Made by a program: the position numbers and the translations under genes | Part shown: piece after piece, positions 17,346-26,591 of the stretch | How the letters are laid out: each line of letters starts with the position of its first letter | Position numbering within the stretch: position 1 is the stretch's first letter | From: a bacterium | Lineage (GTDB): Bacteria; Muiribacteriota; UBA6191 | DNA: 34,757 nt | Reading direction: 5' to 3' | Assembly: GCA_036339875.1 (NCBI GenBank) | Contig: JAYZAC010000109.1 | Coordinates: 1 to 34,757, forward strand | The notes under the pieces: model-generated | Seen by the model: the letters and a program-made list of their open reading frames with translations, nothing else | The model's database searches: none | Told to the model about the DNA's origin: nothing

Positions 17346-18644
17346 TCAAAGGACGTCCATAAAAGCAGATACGCTAAAAACGGCTTTTCCAACTCCAGTA
17401 GGTCCATAACCCTTTGGCTTAGGCAATTTATGACGATGAAAACAAGATTTAAACTCTTGTAAAAGTCTACAGAAATATCGGAGAGGAGGAGAAGGCTGCG
17501 GACCTAATTTTGCATATGGCTCAGGACACCAAGTTGTGAAGCGAGGCATGATTCCTTTTGACATGAAAAAATCAAGACCTTCAGTTGTGGAAGCAATCGC
17601 AGGCTCTACTTCAGAGTAACCGTAATTACGATTCATTTCTACACCACCTACAAAATTGGGTATTACATTAGCAGGACCGAAAATCTCAGCCGATTCTACA
17701 ACTCTACTTATCCAGCCATCACGACCTATAAAACGCTCTTTACCCGGACACACCTTTGGGAAGAGCTTATTGTCCCAGACCTCAAAATTTGGGTGGTATA
17801 TATCAAAACCTGAATCATGTAAACGTTTAACATCGGAATATTCAAAGGCCTGAACTACGGCTTTTAGAATCCAGCGGTCGCCGAATTTTTCTTTGATCGC
17901 ATGCGCGTATTTGGAGTAGAAGCTAACTTCATCCTCGCCACGTAAGGGCTGCAGAATAGCTCCTCCCGTGATCGTTATCGCCTCGCTTATGTTTTGCATA
18001 TCATCTTGCGATATCCATGAGAGTGCTTCAATTATTTCATCGACAGACTTTACCCCTGTATAAGCTCGCCCAGCTTGTCTCTGCTGCTTATAATTCTTGT
18101 TAAGATCGCAGAATTGACACTGCTCTTCTTTGTTAAAATATTGACATAATCGATATACAGTGAGATAAATCAAGTAGCCCCACTCTATGACAGGGGCAAT
18201 CTCTCCCATCGATTTACCACTACTTAATGGCCTGTTGTAAAACTCTGGAACTGGATGGTAACAAACCTCCGCTATAGAATCATTAAGACAAAAAAGCTGA
18301 AGCTTACCTTCTTTCAAATCTACTTTATAGGGTGAATTAGGATTTACTCGTACAGAGATTACCGTATCTTTTAATTGATGCATTCCTCCCGAGATTTTTA
18401 TCTCTTCAGGGGCTCTCAAATTCTCATTTTTCTCCATTTCTACGATGGGTATCAAATCAAAAGAAAAAATAAAGTAGTCTTTAGGCTTGTAGCCAGTTGC
18501 TATTCGTAAACTGTCTTCTGAAAAGCTGAGTCCTTCCCGCAGAACATCTTGTTTAATTATAGCCTCTGCAGGTAAATCATTAAAATTTTCTAAAGTACTT
18601 TGCAATAAGTCAAATGAGTTTAATTTACTTTGCATCACATTCAA
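17346..18644 (-). CDS. radical SAM protein of unknown function (CX8CX2C motif)
   Basis: Cluster motif 'CQYFNKEEQCQFC', GGE-like 'ITITGG', and 'HPNFEVWDNKLFPKVCPGK' and 'NFVGGVE' resembling biotin-synthase-related radical SAM cores. The start is 18644, 18638 or 18635. Confidence 0.88.
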   Translation of the reverse strand: MNVMQSKLNSFDLLQSTLENFNDLPAEAIIKQDVLREGLSFSEDSLRIATGYKPKDYFIFSFDLIPIVEMEKNENLRAPEEIKISGGMHQLKDTVISVRVNPNSPYKVDLKEGKLQLFCLNDSIAEVCYHPVPEFYNRPLSSGKSMGEIAPVIEWGYLIYLTVYRLCQYFNKEEQCQFCDLNKNYKQQRQAGRAYTGVKSVDEIIEALSWISQDDMQNISEAITITGGAILQPLRGEDEVSFYSKYAHAIKEKFGDRWILKAVVQAFEYSDVKRLHDSGFDIYHPNFEVWDNKLFPKVCPGKERFIGRDGWISRVVESAEIFGPANVIPNFVGGVEMNRNYGYSEVEPAIASTTEGLDFFMSKGIMPRFTTWCPEPYAKLGPQPSPPLRYFCRLLQEFKSCFHRHKLPKPKGYGPTGVGKAVFSVSAFMDVL

Positions 18645-18674
18645 TGTTCCTAATATTGATCCGATAGTTTTAGT

Positions 18675-19340
18675 TTAAAGCGAATCTGGTTTGAAGCTAA
18701 AGTGACGTGCAACAGCCGGTGGAAAGTTTAATACAACTTCGTCATATTCTAATTGGAAATTCTTTATGAACTCCTCAAGAAGGTGGCACGTTCTGAGACC
18801 ATCGTCATCGCCTTTCACCTTACTTAAAACTTTTCGCATTTTACGAGCAGCCAAGTACTCAAAGTAAGATAGCTTACCACCCGGCTTAAGAAAGTGCTGA
18901 TAAGATTGTAAAATGGATCGAACCAATTCGTAATCGAAATTGTTTAATGGTAAAGACGAAACTAAAAATTGATATTTCTGGTCTTCAGGAAAATCCTCCA
19001 TAGGACAGCAATAAACATTGAAGTCAACACCATCGAGCATCCTTGACCATTTGGTCTTTGAGAGTTCGAATAAAAAGTCGCAGAACTTTGGATTCAGTTC
19101 CACTAAATGCAATTTATCTCCTGGACTCAAACATCCCACAATTTGCTGTGTTATTGTACCTGTTCCAGGGCCTATCTCCATGATTGTTTTAGTGCCCTTT
19201 TCTAAATTGATATATTTGCAGAGAGATTTACCAAGTAAAGGAGAACTCGGTGCGATGGCACCAACTGACTCTCTATTTAAGTGAAGCTCTTTGAGGAATG
19301 TCCAAAGATTAGATAAAGTCACTAAAACCCCTACTGTCAA
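18675..19340 (-). CDS. class I SAM-dependent methyltransferase, phospholipid N-methyltransferase (PmtA-like)
   Basis: 'VGAIAPSSPLLG', SAM motif 'MEIGPGTGTIT', 'LVELNPKF', 'VSSLPL', 'LKPGGKLSYFEY' and 'VLNFPPA' match the rhizobial-type PmtA family. Confidence 0.85.
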   Translation of the reverse strand: MTVGVLVTLSNLWTFLKELHLNRESVGAIAPSSPLLGKSLCKYINLEKGTKTIMEIGPGTGTITQQIVGCLSPGDKLHLVELNPKFCDFLFELSKTKWSRMLDGVDFNVYCCPMEDFPEDQKYQFLVSSLPLNNFDYELVRSILQSYQHFLKPGGKLSYFEYLAARKMRKVLSKVKGDDDGLRTCHLLEEFIKNFQLEYDEVVLNFPPAVARHFSFKPDSL

Positions 19341-20782
19341 TTACCTTCAGACATTAAAAAATGAAAAAGATTCTCGTAGTCTTGCGCTGAACGAGTCCAA
19401 GAAAAATCTATACTCATACCACGACGTTGAACCAACTCCTTCATCTCTGGAAATCTATATAGTCCTAAAGCACGTTCTATTGCATTTAGGAAACCTGATT
19501 TAGTGTACTCATAAAAAGAATACCCATTCCCATTTTCAGGATTTGAGTCACAATCAAAAACTGTATCAGCTAGTCCGCCCGTATGGTAAACAATCGGTAT
19601 TGTTCCATATCTCAAGCTGTACATTTGATTAAGTCCGCATGGTTCATATCTTGAGGGCATAATAAAATAATCGCTAGCAGCTTCAATTTGATGTGATAAT
19701 GCTGTACTGAATGTATCAAAAACTCTCACTTGAGCAGGATACTTACTTTGAAAGTAGTTTAAGCTATTCACAAAATTCTGATCTCCCGAACCTAGAAAAA
19801 CCATTTGAGTTCCCATATTAAGAACCTGCTCTGCGACCGATTCAACCAACGAAATTCCCTTCTGAGCTGCGAATCTTGAGACCATACCAATTAAAGGAAC
19901 TTCAGGCCAGTACTGCAAACCAATAGAATTCAAAAAATGCGCTTTAAGCTGATGTTTGACAGCCAAATTATCCATGTCGTAGTTGTAACCCGCTAGATGA
20001 GGGTCAATCGCTGGGTTCCATTCTTGCTCGTCGATACCATTTAGAATTCCAGCTAGGCGATTAGACTTAGCTTGAAGCACATTTTCCATACCACAGCCAT
20101 ATTCACTACCTTGAATCTCCCTTGCATATGTGGGGCTAACAGTAGTAATAAAATCTGAATATTGTAGCCCTGCTTTCAAATAAGAAGCCGCCCCGTGATA
20201 TTCCATACCATCAAAACGCATGACCTCATCTGGAAGATCAAATTTTTTGTATACGTTCGAGTCAAAGAAACCTTGAAATGCCAGATTATGAATCGTAAAA
20301 ACGAGCTTGGTTTTAGAAAAAAATGGATCTGTACGATACTTCAAGCGCAATATAGGTCCTAATATTCCACACTGCCAGTCATTCAGCTGTATGATATCGG
20401 GAACCCAGTTTTCCATTTTACAAAGCAGTAAGGCGGCCTCACAAAAAAATGCATAGCGCTCATCGTTATCACCAAAATCACCATATTGATCTCCGTAAAT
20501 TCCTTCACGGTCATAATAGCTAGGATTATGAACAAAGTATCGGTCTACACCATCTTCTCGATTAATTAGCAAGGTGCCATCCTTCGGATACCCTCCAATG
20601 TGAATATGAAAGTTAGAGTGTACCTGCATCTCCTGTTTTATAATATGATAAAAAGGGACAACGGTTTTAACATCATGCCCTTTGGACTTTAGTGCCGCTG
20701 GCAAAGCGCCACTAACATCAGCAAGACCACCAGTCTTACAGAAGGGAACCATCTCACTAGAAAGAAATAATATGTTAGCCAT
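19337..20782 (-). CDS. glgA: glycogen synthase (GT5)
   Basis: Motifs 'EMVPFCKTGGLADV', 'NDWQ', 'FTIHNLAFQG', 'TTVSPTYAREI', 'GILNGID', 'SRFAAQKG' and 'MPSRYEPCGLNQMYSLRYGT'; GAGGAG RBS. Confidence 0.96.
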   Translation of the reverse strand: MANILFLSSEMVPFCKTGGLADVSGALPAALKSKGHDVKTVVPFYHIIKQEMQVHSNFHIHIGGYPKDGTLLINREDGVDRYFVHNPSYYDREGIYGDQYGDFGDNDERYAFFCEAALLLCKMENWVPDIIQLNDWQCGILGPILRLKYRTDPFFSKTKLVFTIHNLAFQGFFDSNVYKKFDLPDEVMRFDGMEYHGAASYLKAGLQYSDFITTVSPTYAREIQGSEYGCGMENVLQAKSNRLAGILNGIDEQEWNPAIDPHLAGYNYDMDNLAVKHQLKAHFLNSIGLQYWPEVPLIGMVSRFAAQKGISLVESVAEQVLNMGTQMVFLGSGDQNFVNSLNYFQSKYPAQVRVFDTFSTALSHQIEAASDYFIMPSRYEPCGLNQMYSLRYGTIPIVYHTGGLADTVFDCDSNPENGNGYSFYEYTKSGFLNAIERALGLYRFPEMKELVQRRGMSIDFSWTRSAQDYENLFHFLMSEGN

Positions 20783-20796
20783 TAGCGACTCCTCAT

Positions 20797-22266
20797 CTAC
20801 GCCTCGATATTAAAGTCTTGATTTAAGACTTCTCGGAGCATCTGATTAACCTTACTTGGATTAGCTTGCCCCTTTGATAATTTCATTATCTGCCCCATAA
20901 GATATCCAAAAGCTTTCTTTTTTCCCTGTTTCAAATCCTCTAGTGCTGATGGGTTCTCTTCTATAATTTTATGAATCATAACCGCTAGTGAATCATCATC
21001 TGAAATTTGCTGTAAACCCAGAAGTTCAATTGTAGCAGCCACCTCACCGCCATTATCAAGCAAATGGGTCAATACCAACTTCGCCTGTTTGCCTGAGATT
21101 TCCTGTTTCTGAATACTTCTCATCAAGTTACCCAGGTTTTGTGGAGTTAATTGCAAAGTTGTCATCTTTAATTCTGGGTAATCTTTTAGCCAGCCACCTA
21201 ACTCTGAAATAATCCAATTACTTAAATTAATGCGAGACCCTTTATCCGTGAATTCGCATGCTTTATCAAAAAAATCTCCCCAGTCCTTATTAAGAACTAG
21301 GGTTTGAGCATTTTCCTTTAATAATCCCAGTGACTGATAACGAGTTAATCTATCCTCAGGAGATTCAGGAAGATCTTTTCGTAACTCAGCTAATTTCTGT
21401 TCATCTAGGTAAATAGGTGGGATATCTGGTTCTGGAAAATACCTATAATCATCTTCATCTTCTTTAGAGCGCATCATTCTTGTTTCGCCTCGCTCTTCGT
21501 CCCACAAACGAGTACACTGAATTAAATTCCCACCATTCTGTAAAGTATGAATTTGACGATCTCTCTCGTATTCCAAAGCCGCACCCACTGATTTGAAAGA
21601 ATTCATATTTTTGACTTCTACACGAGTCCCAAACTTGGTAGTACCCGATGGCCTTACAGAAACATTCAAATCACAGCGCAGACTTCCATTCTCCATATCA
21701 CAATCACTGATTCCCAAGTATAGTAAAGCCAATCTTAATTTAGCTAAATAAGCTTTAGCTTCGTAAGAATCCCTTATATCTGGTTCACTAACAATTTCCA
21801 ATAAAGGTATGCCACCCCGATTGTAGTCCACCAATGAATCACCACTCTTTTCGGAATGTGACAGTTTACCCGCATCCTCCTCCATATGAATACGAGTTAT
21901 TCCGATACGCTTATAATTTGCTTTAGAATCCTCAAGTTCAATTTCTAGATAACCATGCTCACCAATTGGTTCATCCAGTTGCGAAATTTGAAACGCCTTT
22001 GGAAGATCAGGATAAAAATAGTGCTTGCGATCAAATTTTGTGCGACTTGGAATCACGCAATTTAAACTCATACATGCCTTCAAGGCTGAATTTAAGACTT
22101 CGGTATTTAAGACTGGTAAAGTACCTGGAAATCCTAAACATACAGGACAAACATGTGTGTTCGGTGGTTTACCTGCATAATTCGTCGAACAACCACAAAA
22201 AATTTTAGTCGAAGTATTAAGCTGTACATGAACCTCAAGTCCCACTACTGTCTCATAAGTCGCCAT
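20797..22266 (-). CDS. gatB: Asp-tRNA(Asn)/Glu-tRNA(Gln) amidotransferase subunit B
   Basis: Motifs 'VVGLEVHVQLNTSTKIFC', 'FDRKHYFYPDLPKAFQISQ', 'HMEEDAGK', 'RVEVKNMNS' and 'DYRYFPEPD'. Start is ATG 22266 behind GGAG, immediately after the gatA stop. Confidence 0.97.
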   Translation of the reverse strand: MATYETVVGLEVHVQLNTSTKIFCGCSTNYAGKPPNTHVCPVCLGFPGTLPVLNTEVLNSALKACMSLNCVIPSRTKFDRKHYFYPDLPKAFQISQLDEPIGEHGYLEIELEDSKANYKRIGITRIHMEEDAGKLSHSEKSGDSLVDYNRGGIPLLEIVSEPDIRDSYEAKAYLAKLRLALLYLGISDCDMENGSLRCDLNVSVRPSGTTKFGTRVEVKNMNSFKSVGAALEYERDRQIHTLQNGGNLIQCTRLWDEERGETRMMRSKEDEDDYRYFPEPDIPPIYLDEQKLAELRKDLPESPEDRLTRYQSLGLLKENAQTLVLNKDWGDFFDKACEFTDKGSRINLSNWIISELGGWLKDYPELKMTTLQLTPQNLGNLMRSIQKQEISGKQAKLVLTHLLDNGGEVAATIELLGLQQISDDDSLAVMIHKIIEENPSALEDLKQGKKKAFGYLMGQIMKLSKGQANPSKVNQMLREVLNQDFNIEA

Positions 22267-22267
22267 A

Positions 22268-23689
22268 TTAACGACTCCGATCAAATTGTGATTGTACAAT
22301 CTTAGTAAAATTCAACAAGTTAGCCTCATGACCATTTAGCGCCATTAACTGCAGACCTAGTGGTTTTTTATCTAGATTTCCTACCGGCACACTAATCGCA
22401 GGACATCCAATAATATTTGCAGGCACCGTAAATAAATCAGACTTATACATTTCCAATGGATCCTCATTTTTATCTCCTATAGGAAAAGCTGTAGAAGGTG
22501 TAGTTGGTCCGATCAAAATATCTGCTTCCTTCATAACTCGCTCAAATTCACGCTTCAAAAGAGATCTTATTTTTAGAGCCTTCTTGTAATAAGAATCAAA
22601 ATAACCTTCAGATAGCACATATGTACCCAATAGAATGCGCCGTTTAACCTCTTTACCAAAGCCTTTTTCTCGGTTTGACTTATATATTTCAAGGAGATCG
22701 TTACTCTCTGCCAAAACAGGGCCATATCGCACACTATCATATCTAGCCAAGTTTGAACTTGCCTCTGCGGACGATAGAATATAGTAAACGGGTAAACAAT
22801 ACTTTAACGAGGGCAGCGAAACCTTCATAAGTTCAAAATTTGATATTTTCGCCAATTCATCTAATATTTTCTGATAGAACTTCTTGAATTCAAGGTCTGC
22901 ATCGGAGTCAAAAAATTCTTCAACAATTCCAATTTTGATTGGTTCATCTTTGGATTTTGACTCATAAATAGTTGAAGTACCATCTCTGGGGTCTTGCCAA
23001 CTAATTGTATCGAAAATTAATTCACAATCTTCGGCGCTACTTCCCAAAGGACCTATTTGATCAAGAGAAGAAGCAAAAGCAACTAATCCATAACGACTAA
23101 CACTTCCGTAACTAGGTTTTAAGCCAACAACGCCACAAAATGAGGCTGGCTGCCTTATGCTACCGCCAGTATCACTGCCCAAAGCAACTGTCACCATATT
23201 TGCCGCAACAGCAGCAGCAGAGCCACCAGAAGAGCCTCCAGGCACACAATCCTCCGCAACAGGATTTCGAACTATACCAAAAGCTGAGTTCTCATTAGAT
23301 GAACCCATTGCAAATTCATCGCAATTCAATTTCGATAGTATGAAGGCCCCAGCCTCTCTCAACCTGGCAACACAAGTGGCGTCAAAACCTGGCTCGAAAT
23401 TCTCCAACATTTTTGAAGCACATGTTGATTTAAAGCCGCGAGCATGAATATTATCCTTCACTCCAATAAAAACGCCAAAAAGTGGATCTAAATCTTCCTC
23501 TCGAGAAATCTTTAAATCTATTTGCCGCGCATAATCCAAGGCCCCCTGCTTGTCTATCTGCAAGACACAATTGAGCTTCTGATTGCGTTGATCGTAATTT
23601 TTCAATAAAAAATTTAAATACTGCTCGCAGGTAAATTCTCCCTCACGAATTTTATTTTGTATCTCAGCTATTTTTAGGTTTTGCATCAT
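22268..23689 (-). CDS. gatA: Asp-tRNA(Asn)/Glu-tRNA(Gln) amidotransferase subunit A
   Basis: Amidase signature 'GVKDNI..DEFAMGSSNENS..PGGSSGGSAAAVA..LGSDTGGSIRQPASFCG', plus 'EASSNLARYD' and 'GFGKEVKRRILLG'. Confidence 0.97.
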   Translation of the reverse strand: MMQNLKIAEIQNKIREGEFTCEQYLNFLLKNYDQRNQKLNCVLQIDKQGALDYARQIDLKISREEDLDPLFGVFIGVKDNIHARGFKSTCASKMLENFEPGFDATCVARLREAGAFILSKLNCDEFAMGSSNENSAFGIVRNPVAEDCVPGGSSGGSAAAVAANMVTVALGSDTGGSIRQPASFCGVVGLKPSYGSVSRYGLVAFASSLDQIGPLGSSAEDCELIFDTISWQDPRDGTSTIYESKSKDEPIKIGIVEEFFDSDADLEFKKFYQKILDELAKISNFELMKVSLPSLKYCLPVYYILSSAEASSNLARYDSVRYGPVLAESNDLLEIYKSNREKGFGKEVKRRILLGTYVLSEGYFDSYYKKALKIRSLLKREFERVMKEADILIGPTTPSTAFPIGDKNEDPLEMYKSDLFTVPANIIGCPAISVPVGNLDKKPLGLQLMALNGHEANLLNFTKIVQSQFDRSR

Positions 23690-23840
23690 TTATATAATTA
23701 TGGATTGAAACATTTGCCTCAGAAGGTCAAAAAATGAAGTCAACCCACTTGAGTTTCCTTTAGAATATTACGAATAGCCAAGGATAATAAAGCTTAATTT
23801 CAGGTCTATGAAAACAACATGATCGCTAATTAAAAGCAAA

Positions 23841-24629
23841 TCATACTTCAAAGAGGCTCAACCTGATTTCATCATTGTTTTCGGAAGGTGCATCTAAGCG
23901 ATCCAGCTTACTAAGTTTCTCTTGGGAATATGCTTGTTCATAGTATTCTGGATGATAGATCATTTTTCTTGATTTTAGCTTAACTAGTTTTTCAGCAAGA
24001 ATCTCAGAAATTACCTGAAAATAAGTTGATGTTTCATAATAATGGAGATTTTTACTTAACAACAATAATTGGAATTCATCTGCTTCTCTCAAGAAAGAGT
24101 GCAAAGGAGCCAATAGAGAACCCCTTGAATACTGCATTAGAGATAGGAAAGCTGCAACTTTTACGCAGTCATTACTATCATCTAACAAGTGTAATAATCG
24201 GAAACTATGTGTGGAGTTTCGGTGTCTACCCATCAGGATGGCTGCAACAATCCGATCATTACATCCCTTGGAACATACTAGCTCTTCTACCAAAGGCTCC
24301 AAATCCTGCTCTAGCTGCTCGTGGAATACAAATTGACGAGCTATTAGAAAGCGAATTTCACGCTTTTCCTTACGATCTAACAAAGCTTGACCAAATAATT
24401 CAGCGGTTCGTGAACAAGGAAAGTTCTCAGCTAGGAGTCGGATTGCACCGATTCTTACCCTTTGCTTTCTGTGGTAAAAGCCACTAACCAGTAGCTGAAA
24501 AGCATCTTCTCCTAGATGCCTCATAACCTCATGATCTTCAAGAATGTCTTCGATATTGGGTAATTCCGAAGTTTCTTCCGAATCAGCAGCTTCAAAAACA
24601 GACTCATCCAAGTAGATGATTTCGCTCAT
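23841..24629 (-). CDS. HEAT-repeat protein
   Basis: Repeated HEAT_2-like units 'QRVRIGAIRLLAE', 'NDRIVAAILMG' and 'LLDDSNDCVKVAAFLSL'; acidic N-terminus; GGAG/GAAGG RBS. Confidence 0.75.
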   Translation of the reverse strand: MSEIIYLDESVFEAADSEETSELPNIEDILEDHEVMRHLGEDAFQLLVSGFYHRKQRVRIGAIRLLAENFPCSRTAELFGQALLDRKEKREIRFLIARQFVFHEQLEQDLEPLVEELVCSKGCNDRIVAAILMGRHRNSTHSFRLLHLLDDSNDCVKVAAFLSLMQYSRGSLLAPLHSFLREADEFQLLLLSKNLHYYETSTYFQVISEILAEKLVKLKSRKMIYHPEYYEQAYSQEKLSKLDRLDAPSENNDEIRLSLFEV

Positions 24630-24803
24630 GCTATACCTTCACTCCATCAAAGATTTACAACCTTAAAACGGTCGACCTACAAAATGAATCTAGCATGCAT
24701 TTTAGGACTTTAGCAACAACTTAAATAGAATTCATGAAAACGAATAAAACGGCTTTAACAATGGGCTTTACAAGATTTTGCAACACATTCCACGGAACTA
24801 TGG

Positions 24804-24973
24804 ACAGCTTTTGTGCTTTCCTGTAAAAAGTTTTCGATATGACGCATTTTTGACAACAAAAATCAAGACTTTTTTGATTAAAAAAAAGCAAAAAGATCAA
24901 ATTACAAACAGCAAAAAACCTTAAGAAACAACTTTTGTTCTCAGCTGTAAAAGATTTGAAGGATACTTTGACA
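24804..24973 (+). promoter_or_regulatory. imperfect direct repeat, each copy followed by TTGACA, upstream of fabI
   Basis: ACAGCTTTTGTGCTTTCCTGTAAAAAGTTT (24804) and ACAACTTTTGTTCTCAGCTGTAAAAGATTT (24928); TTGACA at 24850 and 24968. Confidence 0.35.
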
Positions 24974-25037
24974 TTTTTAGAATATAAATGGCATTTTTGT
25001 ATTTTAATTTCTGAAAGAATTCATGGGAGTATATAAA

Positions 25038-25799
25038 ATGAACTTGAAAGGTAAAAAAGGAATCATTCTGGGGATTGCTAATCAAAAAAGTATTGCGTGG
25101 GGCTGCGCAAAAGCCCTAAAAGAAGCTGGTGCCGATTTTGGAGTAACTTTTCTTAATGAGGCTCTCGAGAAAAGAGTGAGACCACTTGCGGCAGAAATTT
25201 CAGCCGACTTTGTAATAGAGTGTGACGCAACTAAAAGTTCTCATTTAGAACAACTAGCGATTAAGGCCAAGGAAACCTACGGTGAAATCGACTTCATAAT
25301 TCACAGTGTAGCTTACGCGAGTAGGGAAGCCCTTTCACATCCTGTCTCTCACTGTAGTAAAGAGAACTTTGAAGAGGCTATGTCAATAAGTGCCTGGAGC
25401 TTATTGGGCGTATGCGGAGCATGTAAACATATAATAAAGCCTGGGGGTTCTATTGTTACAATGAGTTACTATGGCTCAACTAAAGTAATTCAGAATTACG
25501 GTATAATGGGAGTAGCTAAGGCAGCTTTAGAAGCAGAAGTTCGATATCTAGCAGAAGAGCTAGGCGAAACTGAGATAAGAGTCAATGCATTATCAGCAGG
25601 CCCTATTCGTACATTGGCAGCTGCCGGTATAAAAGGCTTTAAAGGGTATTTAGATGAAGTTGCACAAAGAAGTGCAATAAAAAAGAATGTTACTGCTGAC
25701 GAAGTTGGATCAAGTTGCGCATTCCTTGTTTCTGACGGTAGCCGAGGTATTTCAGGCCAAGTGATCTATGTAGACCAGGGATTCTCAAGTTTAGGATAA
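25038..25799 (+). CDS. fabI: enoyl-ACP reductase (NADH)
   Basis: Motifs 'LKGKKGIILGIANQKSIAWG', 'HSVAYA', catalytic 'YYG..NYGIMGVAKAALE', 'VNALSAGPIRTLAA' and 'SGQVIYVDQG'. Start is ATG 25038 behind GGGAG. Confidence 0.95.
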   Translation: MNLKGKKGIILGIANQKSIAWGCAKALKEAGADFGVTFLNEALEKRVRPLAAEISADFVIECDATKSSHLEQLAIKAKETYGEIDFIIHSVAYASREALSHPVSHCSKENFEEAMSISAWSLLGVCGACKHIIKPGGSIVTMSYYGSTKVIQNYGIMGVAKAALEAEVRYLAEELGETEIRVNALSAGPIRTLAAAGIKGFKGYLDEVAQRSAIKKNVTADEVGSSCAFLVSDGSRGISGQVIYVDQGFSSLG

Positions 25800-26591
25800 T
25801 CAATTCGAGCAGTTCTTCTGAGAGTCACTACCCTCTAAAATCATCTTGTAGGCCTGTCGAGCCTTTGGAATACAAACTAAAGCATATTCCGGACTTTCAT
25901 TGGTTATCGTTTTTCCTTTGCTCTGAGCTCCACTTAGACCTATGCGGAGTCTCGTTCCTAATGCTGACTGTAATGCAGCAGTGGAAGTGCTTTGACCCGT
26001 ACCAATTCCAGAAGCTGTTAAAGGCACAACCGTTCCGTAATCTAGAAAATTACCCAAAGTACTCGTTTGTAAAATAACATCTTGAATATTGGAAAGAAAT
26101 AATGAACGCATTGTCTGTCCATGTCCTTGGTGATTCAAAACCAGACGCCGATTCGTCAGAATGTATTGAGTAGAAACTCTTTGATACTCTTTATGACAAA
26201 GCATAATTAAGGAAATCCATATGCCTAATTGATAAGCTAAATTTTCAATAGGCATTAAAAAATGACAAGAGACTAACAGTAGGAATGAACAGATAATAAA
26301 AGTAAAGAATGGACGCCATTCGAGCCTAAATAAGGCTTGTAAAAAAGCAGGAATCACAATCAATATACAATATGGCATTAAAAAATGCATGGACGCCAAG
26401 TAATGATAAATTGTGTTTACATAGATATTAGTATTAAAAAGCAAATCCATGTATGAAAACATCATACTTGGACTTATCAAAGATGATATCGAAACTATAA
26501 AGATCCAAATCCACAGAGGGTACTCTCGTATCTGCCTCATGGGATGCGGCGTCAGCCTTAACCTGACGTGCTCATCGTTCATTAATTCCAT
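25800..26591 (-). CDS. membrane protein with a bacterial PH (bPH_2/YdbS-like) domain
   Basis: About 4 hydrophobic segments, then 'STQYILTNRRLVL..RSLFLSNIQDVILQTSTLGNFLDYGTV', the typical bPH_2 pattern. Confidence 0.8.
   Translation of the reverse strand: MELMNDEHVRLRLTPHPMRQIREYPLWIWIFIVSISSLISPSMMFSYMDLLFNTNIYVNTIYHYLASMHFLMPYCILIVIPAFLQALFRLEWRPFFTFIICSFLLLVSCHFLMPIENLAYQLGIWISLIMLCHKEYQRVSTQYILTNRRLVLNHQGHGQTMRSLFLSNIQDVILQTSTLGNFLDYGTVVPLTASGIGTGQSTSTAALQSALGTRLRIGLSGAQSKGKTITNESPEYALVCIPKARQAYKMILEGSDSQKNCSN

Noticed and set aside
24734..24826. 30-codon ORF MKTNKTALTMGFTRFCNTFHGTMDSFCAFL in the HEAT-fabI intergenic region
   Set aside because: No SD or leaderless signature, and the length is compatible with chance. 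It cannot be excluded without conservation or ribosome-profiling data.
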